Assembly (NCBI GenBank): GCA_963737655.1
Contig: CAVTTN010000002.1
Coordinates: 2,720,001-2,784,000, forward strand
Direction: 5' to 3'
Length of the DNA stretch: 64,000 nt
From: an uncultured Planctomycetota bacterium
Lineage (GTDB): Bacteria; Planctomycetota; Planctomycetia; Isosphaerales; Isosphaeraceae
The notes beneath the pieces were generated by a model. It saw only the letters and a program-made list of their open reading frames with translations, did not search any database and was not told the origin of the DNA. Below, piece by piece: positions 20,020-30,078 of this stretch (the first letter of the stretch is position 1; the number at the start of each line of letters is the position of its first letter). Made by a program: the position numbers and the translations under genes.

Positions 20020-20778
20020 ATGATGCGATCGTCCCGAACCCTCGCCGCCCTCGTCGTCCTGGTCCTGGGCGCCTCGGCCTCGGCCGGCGAACCGGGATTC
20101 GTCCCCCTGTTCGACGGCAAGAACCTCGACCTGTGGACCATCCCTCCCGGGGACAACGGCCACTGGAAGATCCTCGACGGCGTGATCGATTACGACGCCC
20201 GGAGCGAGGCCCCGGGGAACAAAAACCTCGTCAGCAAGGGGGAATACGGCGATTTCGTCCTGAAGCTGGAATGGCGGATCAAGGAAACGCCGTATATCAA
20301 CCCGAATATCCCTTACATCCTTCCCGACGGCACCCACGCCCGGGGCGTGGACGGCAAGGAGCTGAAACTCGCCCTGCCCGACAGCGATTCGGGCGTGTAC
20401 CTCCGCGACATGAGCGGCAAGAGCCAGGTGAATATCTGGTGCTGGCCCATCGGTTCGGGCGAGGTCTACGGCTATCGGACCGACGCGACCCAGCCGCCCG
20501 AGGTCCGCGCCGGGGTCACTCCGAAGCATCAGGCCGACAAGCCCGTCGGCGAGTGGAACGAGTTCGAGATCACCCTGAAAGGCGACCGGTTGAAGGTCGT
20601 CCTCAACGGGGTGCCCGTGATCGAAGAGGCGAAGCTGCCCGAGATTCCGGCAAAAGGGCCGATCGCGTTGCAGCACCACGGCGGCTTCAAGGACGGCAAG
20701 TACCTCGGCCCGCCCAGCCTGGTGCAGTTCCGCAACATCCGCATCCGGGAGTTGACCGGCTCCGACTCCTCGAAGTAA
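20020..20778 (+). CDS. DUF1080 (3-keto-disaccharide hydrolase) family secreted protein
   Basis: Signal peptide; GFVPLFDGKNL; YGDFVLKLEW; DSGVYLR; KPVGEWN; GPIALQHHG; FRNIRIREL. Confidence 0.9.
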   Translation: MMRSSRTLAALVVLVLGASASAGEPGFVPLFDGKNLDLWTIPPGDNGHWKILDGVIDYDARSEAPGNKNLVSKGEYGDFVLKLEWRIKETPYINPNIPYILPDGTHARGVDGKELKLALPDSDSGVYLRDMSGKSQVNIWCWPIGSGEVYGYRTDATQPPEVRAGVTPKHQADKPVGEWNEFEITLKGDRLKVVLNGVPVIEEAKLPEIPAKGPIALQHHGGFKDGKYLGPPSLVQFRNIRIRELTGSDSSK

Positions 20779-20870
20779 CCAACGCCCGAGGATCGCTCCA
20801 TTCCCGACCCGTCCCCCGGCGCGTATAACGGAAGGAGACGGGGTGACGGGCCGGAAGGGAGCCTTCGACG

Positions 20871-22211
20871 ATGCGACGGACGTTGTGGATCGGGTCGGCC
20901 CTCGCCCTCCTCGGCTCGGCCGCCCTCGCGGGGGAGTTCGTGCCGTCGGCCGAACGGGGCAAGGCCCTGCTGACCGGCAGGAGCTTCATCGGCCCATCCT
21001 GGACCGAATCGGCCTTCAAGGACGCCGGAAAATCCTGGGGACCGGACGCCCCCGACCCCGACAAGGCCCCCGACGCCTACGCCTCCGCCTTCATGGGCAA
21101 GATCGGCCTCCACCCGGCGCCCTATCCCAACGACGGCCTGCCGATGGGCCTCCGCAAGGCCACCAGCCGGGACGGCAAGAAGACCGGGATCCAGGTCGAT
21201 TGCATGATGTGCCACGGAGGTTCCCTCGGAGGGACCAGCTACGTCGGCCTGGGCAATACTCAGCTCGATTGCGAGGCGGTCTATCGCGAGCTCAATCGGG
21301 CCGACGGCCGGCTCCCCCCGCTCAGCCCGTTCACCCTGAACACGGCCCGGGGGACGGTCAACGCCGGCCAGATGTCCGCGTTCCTCCTGGGTTTCCGCAA
21401 TACCGACCTCACCTTCCGCAAGGTCCCCTTCCTCCACGGGACCAACCTCCCGGAGATCGACACACCCGCCTGGTGGCTCCTGGGCAAGAAGCAGACCCAG
21501 TACTACGACGGCCGGACCGACGCCCGGGACGCCCGCGCCAACATGCAATTCATGCTCGGAGAAAAGAGCCTCGACGAGTTCCAGGCCCTCGAAAATGACT
21601 TCCGGGACATCCAGGCTTATCTCAAGAGCCTGAAGCCCCCGGCTTACCCATTCGCGATCGACCGAGACAGGGCCGAGCGAGGGCGGCAAGTCTTCGTGAA
21701 GACCTGCACCAGGTGTCACGGAACCTACGGCCCCGACGGGGTTTACCCCAACGAGATCGTCGCCCTCGACGTGATCGGCACCGACCCGGCGAGGGCCAAG
21801 GGGATCTCCGACCGTCTGGTCGCTCACTACAACGCCACCTGGTTCGCGGGCGAGTACAAGGTGGACGAGACCCTCACGGGTTACCAGGCTCCCCCGCTCG
21901 ACGGCATCTGGGCCACGGCCCCCTATCTCCACAACGGCTCCGTGCCGACGCTGTTCGCCCTGATCAAATCCTCGGAACGACCCGCAAAATTCCTCCGCCC
22001 CCCCTCCACCGCGTTCGACCACTACGACACCGCAAAGGTCGGCTGGAAGGCCGAGTCCGCCCCCGAAGGCGACCCCAAGGTTTCGGGGATCGATCCCAGG
22101 AGGATCTTCGATAGTGCCCGATGGGGCCTCTCCAACAAGGGGCACACGTTCGGGGACAAACTGTCGGACGAAGAGCGGTGGGCCGTGATCGAGTACCTGA
22201 AAACGCTGTGA
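20871..22211 (+). CDS. Secreted di-heme cytochrome c (RoxA-like / cytochrome c peroxidase superfamily)
   Basis: Signal peptide; CMMCH and CTRCH; IGTDP.R; Y.APPLDGIWATAPYLHNGSVPTL; N.GH.FG..L...ER.AVIEYLKTL. Confidence 0.85.
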   Translation: MRRTLWIGSALALLGSAALAGEFVPSAERGKALLTGRSFIGPSWTESAFKDAGKSWGPDAPDPDKAPDAYASAFMGKIGLHPAPYPNDGLPMGLRKATSRDGKKTGIQVDCMMCHGGSLGGTSYVGLGNTQLDCEAVYRELNRADGRLPPLSPFTLNTARGTVNAGQMSAFLLGFRNTDLTFRKVPFLHGTNLPEIDTPAWWLLGKKQTQYYDGRTDARDARANMQFMLGEKSLDEFQALENDFRDIQAYLKSLKPPAYPFAIDRDRAERGRQVFVKTCTRCHGTYGPDGVYPNEIVALDVIGTDPARAKGISDRLVAHYNATWFAGEYKVDETLTGYQAPPLDGIWATAPYLHNGSVPTLFALIKSSERPAKFLRPPSTAFDHYDTAKVGWKAESAPEGDPKVSGIDPRRIFDSARWGLSNKGHTFGDKLSDEERWAVIEYLKTL

Positions 22212-22230
22212 ACACCCGAGGGGCCATCCC

Positions 22231-22295
22231 GTAGGGTGCATGAAATGCACCATCTACTGGAAGAGGAAAGAGTTGGGGCAATTCACACACCCGAC
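22231..22295. repeat. REP family B doublet (intact copy plus degenerate inverted copy)
   Basis: gtagggtgcatgaaatgcacc at 22231-22251; degenerate reverse copy ggggcaattcacacacccgac near 22275-22295. Confidence 0.7.
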
Positions 22296-22309
22296 ATGTT
22301 GGCCGACGT

Positions 22310-22546
22310 TCACACCTGCCGACGGGCCCGGGCCTTGGCCAGCCTCATCACATGCTCCAGCCTCTCGAAATGATCGAGTTCGGCGGCCTCTTCGGGCGAG
22401 ATCTTGCCCTGCTTCTCGCGACCCAGGAGCTCCGCCAGCCGGGCCCCCGCGGATTCCGGGGGTCGGAATGCCAGAACGTCGGCCGAGCCCAAACCGCTGC
22501 TCGCGATCTTCTCGATGAGTTCGTCGGACATCCAATTTTGAATCAT
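22310..22546 (-). CDS. Small hypothetical protein, putative antitoxin-like
   Basis: VLAFRP...ARL.ELL.REK.G.ISPEE.AELD.F..LEH.MRLAKARAR pattern, remembered as usually preceding HNH nuclease genes. Confidence 0.7.
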   Translation of the reverse strand: MIQNWMSDELIEKIASSGLGSADVLAFRPPESAGARLAELLGREKQGKISPEEAAELDHFERLEHVMRLAKARARRQV

Positions 22547-22557
22547 AATTGTACTTT

Positions 22558-23475
22558 TTACGCAAGTTGATAGGCTTCGGAGAGGATGTCGATCAGGACG
22601 GAGTTCCCGACCAGGGCCGCGGGGATGCCGAACGCGATCGGATTGGCCCCTCCGTTATATTTATACGACCAGGACGGTTCGATGGAGAGGGGCTTCAGCC
22701 TGTCGGCGACCCGGGTGAAGAAGTCCGAGGGGCCGTCGTCCTGACCTCCCGGCCCTCCCGGCAGGTAGACGAACACCCCGTCGCGCCTCGGCCACATGGG
22801 CAACCAGCAGCGTCGCCCTTTCTTCAGGGAAACGTAGCTCTGGGCGGAGAAATCGATCCGGGATTCGCCGATGCGATCGTTGCAGACACGGCCCAGGTCG
22901 CGAACGGCTTTCATGAAAACATCGTTCGAATTGCTCCGCCACCAATCCTCGTCGCGAGGCGATACGCCCGCTCGGCCGCCGGGGGGCTCGTCGGCGGGCT
23001 GGATCAGGAGGTCGTCGGGCTGGGCGACGATCGCCGCATAGATCGTCGGCACCTCCGGTTCGTGTTTCAGGAGCAGGGTACGAATCTCGATCCCGATGAA
23101 CGGGAGGAACTGCGGCAGGGTCTCGATCACGGTCTTGTACCGGCCGCTCAGGTCCTCGGCCACGAGGACGGCGACATGCCGTGAGTCCGGATTGCGGAGC
23201 CTCTCCCTCGCCCAGTAATCGAGGACGCGGAACCCGTGATCCGCGTCGCATTCCCCGAGCATGATCTCGACTTCATAGTAAGTATCGAGATCGGCCCGAT
23301 AGGCGAGCACATCAAGCCGCCCACCCGTCGACCCGACTTGCTGCAACTCCTGGCTCTGGATCGCGACGGTGCCGAGTCCGAGCCGGGCCGGGTCTTCCGT
23401 AAGCCATTTCTGGAGCCAGAGTTCGTTCTTCCCCAGCGAGCGAAGGGTGGCGGTTCGGTTATCGACGATTTCCAC
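22558..23475 (-). CDS. PD-(D/E)xK nuclease, NucS/DUF91-like
   Basis: NELWLQKWL..DP..LGL; GRLDVL..YEVEI.LG..D..H..R.LDYW.RER; H.AVLVAED. Confidence 0.75.
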   Translation of the reverse strand: MEIVDNRTATLRSLGKNELWLQKWLTEDPARLGLGTVAIQSQELQQVGSTGGRLDVLAYRADLDTYYEVEIMLGECDADHGFRVLDYWARERLRNPDSRHVAVLVAEDLSGRYKTVIETLPQFLPFIGIEIRTLLLKHEPEVPTIYAAIVAQPDDLLIQPADEPPGGRAGVSPRDEDWWRSNSNDVFMKAVRDLGRVCNDRIGESRIDFSAQSYVSLKKGRRCWLPMWPRRDGVFVYLPGGPGGQDDGPSDFFTRVADRLKPLSIEPSWSYKYNGGANPIAFGIPAALVGNSVLIDILSEAYQLA

Positions 23476-23523
23476 GAAGCCCTCCGACTTCGAACTGTGA
23501 GGCGGTTCCTTCGGACTGCGTTC

Positions 23524-24753
23524 TCAGTCCTTCTCCGACGGCGGCGGATCGACCTCCGGCCCGGTCGTCTTCTTCAGCGATTCGGCCACCTCGCCGGCCT
23601 TGCGGAAGGCCCGCAAGACGTTGCCGCCGAGGATCTTGTGGATGTCGGACTCGGTGTAGCCTCGTTTCAGGAGCTCCTCGGTCAATCGAGGGTAGCAGGA
23701 GACGTCTTCGAGGCCCACCGGAACGCTCGTGACGCCGTCGAAGTCGCCCCCGAGGCCGACGTGGTCGATCCCGGCGACCTTGCGGATGTGGTCGATGTGA
23801 TCGGCCACGTCGGCGATCGTCCCCCGGGGCATCTTGTAGGTCTTGTACCAGGCTTCGAGGGCCTTGCCGAACTCGGCCGGGTCGGGATACTTCGCTTTCA
23901 GCTCCTTTCGAGCGGCCATGACCTGTTTGGCCGCCTCGGGAACAATGAAACCGGAGTAGAAGTTGACCATGACGACCCCGCCGTTCTCGGGGACTCGCTT
24001 GAGGATGTCGTCCGGGACGTTCCTCGGATGCGGGCAGAGGGCGAAGGCGCTCGAATGACTGAAGATGATGGGGGCCTTCGAGATCCGAAGGGCATCGCTC
24101 ATCGTCGCGGGCGAGACGTGCGACAGGTCCACCAGCACCCCGAGCCGGTTCATCTCCTTCACGACCCGCTCACCGAACGGGGAGAGACCGTCATTTTTTG
24201 GCGAATCGGTGGCGGCGTCGGCCCAATCGAGCGTGGTATTGTGAGTCAGGGTCATGTACCGGGCCCCCTGGCGGGCGAACCCGCGAAGCTGGGCCAGGTC
24301 GTCCTCGATCGCCACCCCGCCCTCGATGCCGATCAGGCTGGCGATTTTGCCCGATTTGGCGATCCTCTCGACGTCATCGGCCGAGAGGGCGAGTTCGAAT
24401 ACGTCGGGATACTTTTCGATCATCCGATGGACCAGGTCGATCTGCTCGGTGACGGTCCGGGCCGGGTCCTTGTGCTCGCTGGGGATGTAAACCGACCAGA
24501 ATTGCGCCTTGACCCCACCTTCGCGCAATCGCGGGATGTCGGTCTGGCCCGAATCGAGCCGGTTGCGGATGTCCAGTTTGGTGAAGGAAACGTCGCCATC
24601 CTTGCGGAGCCTCCAGGGCAGGTCATTGTGGCCGTCCAGGAGGAGGCCGGCGTGATGGACCGCCTTGGCCTTCTCGGAAACCGGCGGCAGAGGCTCGTCC
24701 GCGAGAACCGGGCAAGCCAGGAAAACCAGGGCGACAATCCGGGCGATGGGCAT
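23524..24753 (-). CDS. Membrane dipeptidase (peptidase M19), secreted
   Basis: DGHNDLPW; TDIPRL..GG..AQFWSVY; IEGG; LTH; VDLSH; SHS; HPRN; HIDH; G.DFDG. Confidence 0.93.
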   Translation of the reverse strand: MPIARIVALVFLACPVLADEPLPPVSEKAKAVHHAGLLLDGHNDLPWRLRKDGDVSFTKLDIRNRLDSGQTDIPRLREGGVKAQFWSVYIPSEHKDPARTVTEQIDLVHRMIEKYPDVFELALSADDVERIAKSGKIASLIGIEGGVAIEDDLAQLRGFARQGARYMTLTHNTTLDWADAATDSPKNDGLSPFGERVVKEMNRLGVLVDLSHVSPATMSDALRISKAPIIFSHSSAFALCPHPRNVPDDILKRVPENGGVVMVNFYSGFIVPEAAKQVMAARKELKAKYPDPAEFGKALEAWYKTYKMPRGTIADVADHIDHIRKVAGIDHVGLGGDFDGVTSVPVGLEDVSCYPRLTEELLKRGYTESDIHKILGGNVLRAFRKAGEVAESLKKTTGPEVDPPPSEKD

Positions 24754-24859
24754 GGCGGAGGCTCTCGCGATCGAGCGGGAGAAGCGTTTGGGCAGGCTCG
24801 TTATTCTGGGAGATGAGAGCCTGAGTCGCAAGGCTCCAGAGAATTGGGGGAAGGAAACC

Positions 24860-24922
24860 CAGATCACGCAGATTACGCAGAGGGAAGCCCCAAGAAATCG
24901 CGTTGATCACCTGCGCAATCTG
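24860..24922. repeat. Inverted ACGCAGATT / AATCTG short-repeat element
   Basis: cagatcacgcagattacgcag ... ctgcgcaatctg; same unit as 19742-19768. Confidence 0.5.
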
Positions 24923-25064
24923 AGATTGGCCGCGGATGGCCTCTCACTTGGCCGCCCCTGTCTGGACTTCCAGGAACCCGGCGCCCCTGGCGGGGGTTCG
25001 GGCCGGTTCGTAGACTGGGTGGCTTCGGCGTTCGGACCGCCCCCGGCCGAGAGGACATCGACCC

Positions 25065-27230
25065 ATGAGCGTCTCGCGTTTCGGTTTGCTGGCCGCTTTC
25101 GGCCTCGTCGGAGCATTCCTGATCATGAGTATCCCCGGCAATCCGCGGGCCCTGGCCGAGGGGGAGAAGCCCGGCGGCCTCTCCTACCCGCCGGCCCCGA
25201 AGGATGAAACCGTCGAGACCTACCACGGGACGAAGGTCCCCGATCCCTATCGCCCCCTCGAAGACCCGGATTCCTCCGCCACCCGCGCCTGGGTCGAGGC
25301 CGAGAACAAGGTGACCTACGGCATTTTGGAGAAGATCCCCGCCCGAGAGTCGATCAAGACCCGGCTCACCGAACTCTGGAACTACGAGAAGTTCGGCATC
25401 CCGAGCAAGGAAGGTGCGGTTTACAGCTTCAACCGCAACAGCGGATTGCAGAACCAGAGCGTGATTTACACGACGGAGACGCTCGAAGCCGAACCGAGGG
25501 TCCTGATCGACCCGAACTCGCTGTCGAAGGATGGAACGGTGGCGCTGTCCGGGGCGAGGTTCAGCCAGGACGGCTCCCTGTTCGCTTATGGATTGGCCGC
25601 CGCCGGGTCGGACTGGCAGGAGTGGAAGGTCCGCGACGTGAAGAGTGGCGCCGACCGCGACGACCATCTCAAGTGGATCAAGTTCTCCTCCGCCTCGTGG
25701 ACCAAGGACGGTTCGGGCTTCTACTACGGCCGATTCCCCGAGCCGAAGCCGGGCCAGGACCTCAAGGGGGCGAACTATTATCAGAAGCTCTACTTCCACA
25801 AGCTCGGCACGCCCCAATCCGAGGACGTGCTGGTCTACGAGAGGCCCGACCAGAAGGAATGGCAGTTCCACGGCGACGTGACCGACGACGGCAAGTACCT
25901 GATCATCACCGTGAGCAAGGGGACGAACCACAAGTACCGCATCCTCTATCAAAATCTCGGAGAAAAGGGGTCGAAGCCGGTCGAGCTCATCGATGATTTC
26001 GACAGCGAATACAGCTTCATCGACAACGACGGGCCGACCCTGTTCTTCAAGACCGACCTGAACGCGCCCCGAGGGCGGGTCGTCGCCATCGACGTGAACC
26101 ACCCGAAGGAGGTCCGCGAGGTCATCCCGCAGAGGGACGAGACCTTGCAGGGCGCCAGCCTCGTGGGGGGCCGTTTCTTCGCCTCGTACCTGAAAGATGC
26201 AAAAACCGAGGTGCGCGTTCATGATTTGACGGGCAAGTTCGTCCGCGACGTGAAGTTCCCCGGGATCGGCACCGCCTCGGGCTTCGGCGGCAAGAAGGAC
26301 GAGAAGGAGACGTTCTACTCGTTCACCTCGTTCACCACCCCGCCGACGATCTACAAGTACGACGTGGCCTCGGGCGAGAGCACGGTCTTCAAGAAGCCGA
26401 AGGTGGATTTCGACCCGGCGGATTACGAGACGAGGCAGGTCTTCATCAAGAGCAAGGACGGGACGAAGGTCCCGATGTTCCTGTCCCACAAGAAGGGCGT
26501 GAAGCTCGACGGCACCGCTCCGACGCTCCTGTATGGGTACGGCGGGTTCAACATCCCCTTGACCCCCACGTTCAGCCCGGCGGTCCTGGTGTGGATGGAA
26601 ATGGGCGGGATTTACGCCGTGCCCAACCTCCGAGGCGGCGGCGAATACGGCGAGGACTGGCACAAGGCCGGCACGAAGCTCGCGAAGCAGAACGTGTTCG
26701 ACGACTTCCTCGCCGCGGCCGAGTACCTGATCGCGGAGAAGGTCACGAGCACGCCGAAGCTGGCGATCCACGGCCGATCCAACGGCGGATTGCTCGTCGG
26801 CGCCTGCCTCACGCAGAGGCCCGACCTGTTCGGCGCCACGCTGCCGGAGGTCGGGGTGCTCGACATGCTCCGGTTCCACAAGTTCACGATCGGGTGGGCG
26901 TGGATCGATGACTACGGCTCGTCCGACGACCCCGAACAGTTCCGGGCCCTGTTCAAGTACTCGCCCCTCCACAACATCAAGCCGGGCACGTGCTACCCGC
27001 CGACGATGATCTCGACGGCCGACCACGACGACCGGGTGGTCCCGGCCCACAGCTTCAAGTTCGCGGCGGCCCTCCAGGCGGCCCAGTCGTGCGACAACCC
27101 CGTCTTGATCCGGATCGAGACCAAGGCCGGCCACGGCGCCGGCAAGCCCACGGCCAAGGTGATCGAGGACGCCGCCGACCGCTGGGCGTTCCTGGTCAAG
27201 TCGCTGGGGATGACGGTCGAGAAGCCTTGA
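25065..27230 (+). CDS. Prolyl oligopeptidase (S9A), secreted
   Basis: DPYR.LED; YGYGGF; NLRGGGEYG; GRSNGG (catalytic Ser); DHDDRVVP; AGHGAGK. Confidence 0.96.
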   Translation: MSVSRFGLLAAFGLVGAFLIMSIPGNPRALAEGEKPGGLSYPPAPKDETVETYHGTKVPDPYRPLEDPDSSATRAWVEAENKVTYGILEKIPARESIKTRLTELWNYEKFGIPSKEGAVYSFNRNSGLQNQSVIYTTETLEAEPRVLIDPNSLSKDGTVALSGARFSQDGSLFAYGLAAAGSDWQEWKVRDVKSGADRDDHLKWIKFSSASWTKDGSGFYYGRFPEPKPGQDLKGANYYQKLYFHKLGTPQSEDVLVYERPDQKEWQFHGDVTDDGKYLIITVSKGTNHKYRILYQNLGEKGSKPVELIDDFDSEYSFIDNDGPTLFFKTDLNAPRGRVVAIDVNHPKEVREVIPQRDETLQGASLVGGRFFASYLKDAKTEVRVHDLTGKFVRDVKFPGIGTASGFGGKKDEKETFYSFTSFTTPPTIYKYDVASGESTVFKKPKVDFDPADYETRQVFIKSKDGTKVPMFLSHKKGVKLDGTAPTLLYGYGGFNIPLTPTFSPAVLVWMEMGGIYAVPNLRGGGEYGEDWHKAGTKLAKQNVFDDFLAAAEYLIAEKVTSTPKLAIHGRSNGGLLVGACLTQRPDLFGATLPEVGVLDMLRFHKFTIGWAWIDDYGSSDDPEQFRALFKYSPLHNIKPGTCYPPTMISTADHDDRVVPAHSFKFAAALQAAQSCDNPVLIRIETKAGHGAGKPTAKVIEDAADRWAFLVKSLGMTVEKP

Positions 27231-27306
27231 GGGTTCGCCCGGCCGCGCCGCGGGGACGGGCGCGGCCGGGCCTTGTCGAAGGCTTCGAGTTCGGAGACGA
27301 TGGCTC

Positions 27307-27513
27307 GTGAATCGGAGAGACTTCCAGGCCCTCGCGATCCGCCGGTTGGCCGAGGCGACGGTCCTATTCGAGAATCGGATGTACGTCGCCAGGGCCGTGG
27401 CCCGACACATGGACTCCTACCCGGACCGTCCCCATTCCCCGATCCAGAAGATCGCCGGCCCCGTCCCCGACGCGTATTACGTGAAGGAAATCTGGGCCTA
27501 TCCCCGGAGATGA
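27307..27513 (+). pseudogene. Remnant with a HEPN-like N-terminus fused to unrelated sequence
   Basis: MNRRDFQALAIRRLAEATVLFENRMY resembles the start of HEPN proteins, but the following YYLAGYAVE-type helix is absent. Confidence 0.5.
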
Positions 27514-28421
27514 TGATGCACCTCGCCGCCGTCCTGCTCGCCTTCGTCCCCGCCGACCTCCCCCCCGAGTCGGCCGTGAAGCCCGTGGAGGTCGTCCGCA
27601 CGGGCGATTACTCCGAGGGCGTGGTGGTCGATCGCGAGGGGAACCTGTACTTCTCCCATCAGAAGATCGTCACCAAGCTCTATGCCGGGACCACGAAGGT
27701 TGAGACCTGGGCCGAGACCGGCGCGCCCAACGGCCACAAGATCCTGGCCGACGGCACGCACCTGATTTGCGACGCCAGCCGCCATGCCGTGCTGCACCTG
27801 GACGCCCTCTCCCGGCAGATGGCCGCCGAGTCCACCGGCTCCGACGGCAAGCCGCTCCGGGGGCCGAATGACCTGACCCTGGACCCGAAGAGCGGCGGGT
27901 TCTACTTCACCGACCCCGGCGATTCGAGCTTGCAGAACCCCATCGGCACGGTCCATTTCGTCAACCAGGACCATGAGACCCGCACCGTCGCCACCGGATT
28001 GGCATTCCCCAACGGGATCGTCCTGAGGCCCGATGGCAAGGAGCTGCTCGTCGGCGAGAGCCAGAAGAATCGCATCCTCGCATTCCCCGTGACGGCCCCC
28101 GGGACGCTCGGCGAGCCCCGGGTGCTCGTCGATCTGCCGAAGAAGGGCGAGGGGCAGATCGCCAACGAGCCCGACGGCATGGCCCTGGACGCCGAGGGGA
28201 ACCTTTATGTTGCCCATTACGGGATGGGCCAGGTCCAGGTCGTCAGCCCCAAGGGGAAGGTGATCCGCCGCTACCCGGGCGGGAACCTCACCACGTCGAA
28301 CGTCTGCTTCGCCGGGCCGAAGATGGACCAGCTCTACGTGACCGGAGGGACGCCCGGGGCCCTGTTCCGCCTGGACCTGGGCGTGAAGGGCCTGACGATC
28401 CTCCCTCCGTCGGCGAAGTGA
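27510..28421 (+). CDS. SMP-30/gluconolactonase family beta-propeller
   Basis: SEG..D.EGNLYFS; PND; YFTDP; FPNGI; PDGMALD.EGNLYVA; SNVCFAG. Confidence 0.93.
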   Translation: MMMHLAAVLLAFVPADLPPESAVKPVEVVRTGDYSEGVVVDREGNLYFSHQKIVTKLYAGTTKVETWAETGAPNGHKILADGTHLICDASRHAVLHLDALSRQMAAESTGSDGKPLRGPNDLTLDPKSGGFYFTDPGDSSLQNPIGTVHFVNQDHETRTVATGLAFPNGIVLRPDGKELLVGESQKNRILAFPVTAPGTLGEPRVLVDLPKKGEGQIANEPDGMALDAEGNLYVAHYGMGQVQVVSPKGKVIRRYPGGNLTTSNVCFAGPKMDQLYVTGGTPGALFRLDLGVKGLTILPPSAK

Positions 28422-28442
28422 CCAGGTCCGGCCGACCCGTTC

Positions 28443-29214
28443 TCACGGCCCGACCCGGTCGAAAAACGTCGGGCCTCGCTTCAGGGCCCGGGCGTCTCGG
28501 AGGAACACGAGGGCCGTGACGATCCCCGCCGCGGCCCCTCCCACGTGGGCGAGATACGCCACGCTGCCGGCCCTGCCCGGGGGCCCGCGCCCCCGCTCCC
28601 CTCCAGACCTGGAACGCCATCCACCCGCCGATCACCACGATCGCCGGCACCTCGACGACGATCCGCACGACCAGGACGCGCACCCGGTTGTACGGGAACC
28701 AGACCACGTACGCCCCCATCACTCCCGCGATCGCCCCCGAGGCCCCGAGCGTCGGGACCAGGGAATCCGGCGACGCCGCAACCTGCGCCAGGGTGCCGAC
28801 CAGGCCGAAGCCGAGGTAGGCGATCAGGTAGCGGAACGGGCCGAGGACCTCCTCCACGTTGTCCCCGAAGATCCACAGGAACAGCATGTTTCCCACCAGA
28901 TGGATCAGGCTCCCGTGGAGGAACAGGGAGGAGAGCAGCGTCAGCCGGACCGGGATCGGCGCCGGGGCCTGGCGGGCCGCCAGGGCCCTGGCCTCGAGGA
29001 TCGCCTGCGCCCCCTTCTCGGTGATCCGGTCGGGGATCGGGCCGGCGAGGTCGATGTTGCGGGCGATTTCGAACGGGGTGGCCGCCAGGGCCGTGGTGAA
29101 TTCGTCTCCTCGGCCGAGCTGGACGAGATACATCACCACGTTGAGCGCAATCAGGACATACGTCACGATCGGGGTGATCTGGGTCCGCTGGAGGTCGCCG
29201 AGGGGAAGGACCAT
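28443..29214 (-). CDS. Rhomboid family intramembrane serine protease, frameshift near 28575-28600
   Basis: FLHG...HL.GNMLFLWIFGDNVE; GASGA (Ser); catalytic His helix VAYLAHVGG lies in another frame ending at TGA 28443. Confidence 0.9.
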
Positions 29215-29283
29215 CAAGGGCTCCCGACCCGTGAAGTGCATGTCGATGCACGCGCTCCGATCCGAACCGATCGGATCGCGGCC

Positions 29284-30078
29284 TCAAACGCCCGAGATTT
29301 CGCCCTCGACGCCCAGCCGCCCGGCCCAGGCTGCGATCGCGGCCCTTGCGGCGGGATCGACCGGGACGCCTCGTTCCCGGGCGATTCGGCGGTGCTCGTC
29401 GAGCCGATCGGGCCGGAGGATCGAGGGCCCGTCGGCGGTCGAGGCCCTCTCGGCAACCCGTTCGTGGAGGCTCGACAGCGGCTCCAGGGCCGCCACGGCC
29501 ACCGCCTGAACCAGCCATTCCCCCGGCTCCAGGCAGGCCAGGAGCGGCGGGAGAGCGGCCGGCGAGCCGCCTCCGAAGGCGGAATCGGCCAGGAACGGCG
29601 GCCCTCCGGCAGACGGCACGGCGATCGTCCAGGACCCTCCGGGCCCCAGGGCCGAGACGATCATCGGACCGACGGCCGCCTCCGCCACGGCGGGCGTGGC
29701 CGGCCCCGAGGGCCCGATCCCCTTGACCCGGACGATCCCGACGCCCACGTCCCGGGCTTTCTCCGAGGCGATCTCGGCCGCTCGGAGCAGGACGAGCGGG
29801 CCCGGACCGTTGCGGCCATCCAGGACGGCCGTCCCGCTCCTCTCCGGGCCGACCTTGACCGCCGCTTTCGGATCGACCGAGCCGGAGACCAGCCGATCGA
29901 GCCAGTCGGCCAGGGTCGCCACCCCGAAGGCCGCCGCCCCGGCCGAGTCGAACCACAGGAGATGGCCGGCCATCTCCGAGGCCCGACGCGCGTCCAAACC
30001 CGCCGCGCCCAGCAAGGCCGAAACGAACCGGCGGAGCGGGTCCAGACGGACAACCGAGGCATTCTCAGCGGCCGACAC
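29284..30078 (-). CDS. Degenerate Ldh_2 (YiaK/AllD-type) oxidoreductase-like protein
   Basis: L..AGL...A..MA..L; AVLDG.NG.G; A.EKAR..GVG.V; ERGVPV at the C-terminus; AGGAGG RBS. Confidence 0.7.
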   Translation of the reverse strand: MSAAENASVVRLDPLRRFVSALLGAAGLDARRASEMAGHLLWFDSAGAAAFGVATLADWLDRLVSGSVDPKAAVKVGPERSGTAVLDGRNGPGPLVLLRAAEIASEKARDVGVGIVRVKGIGPSGPATPAVAEAAVGPMIVSALGPGGSWTIAVPSAGGPPFLADSAFGGGSPAALPPLLACLEPGEWLVQAVAVAALEPLSSLHERVAERASTADGPSILRPDRLDEHRRIARERGVPVDPAARAAIAAWAGRLGVEGEISGV

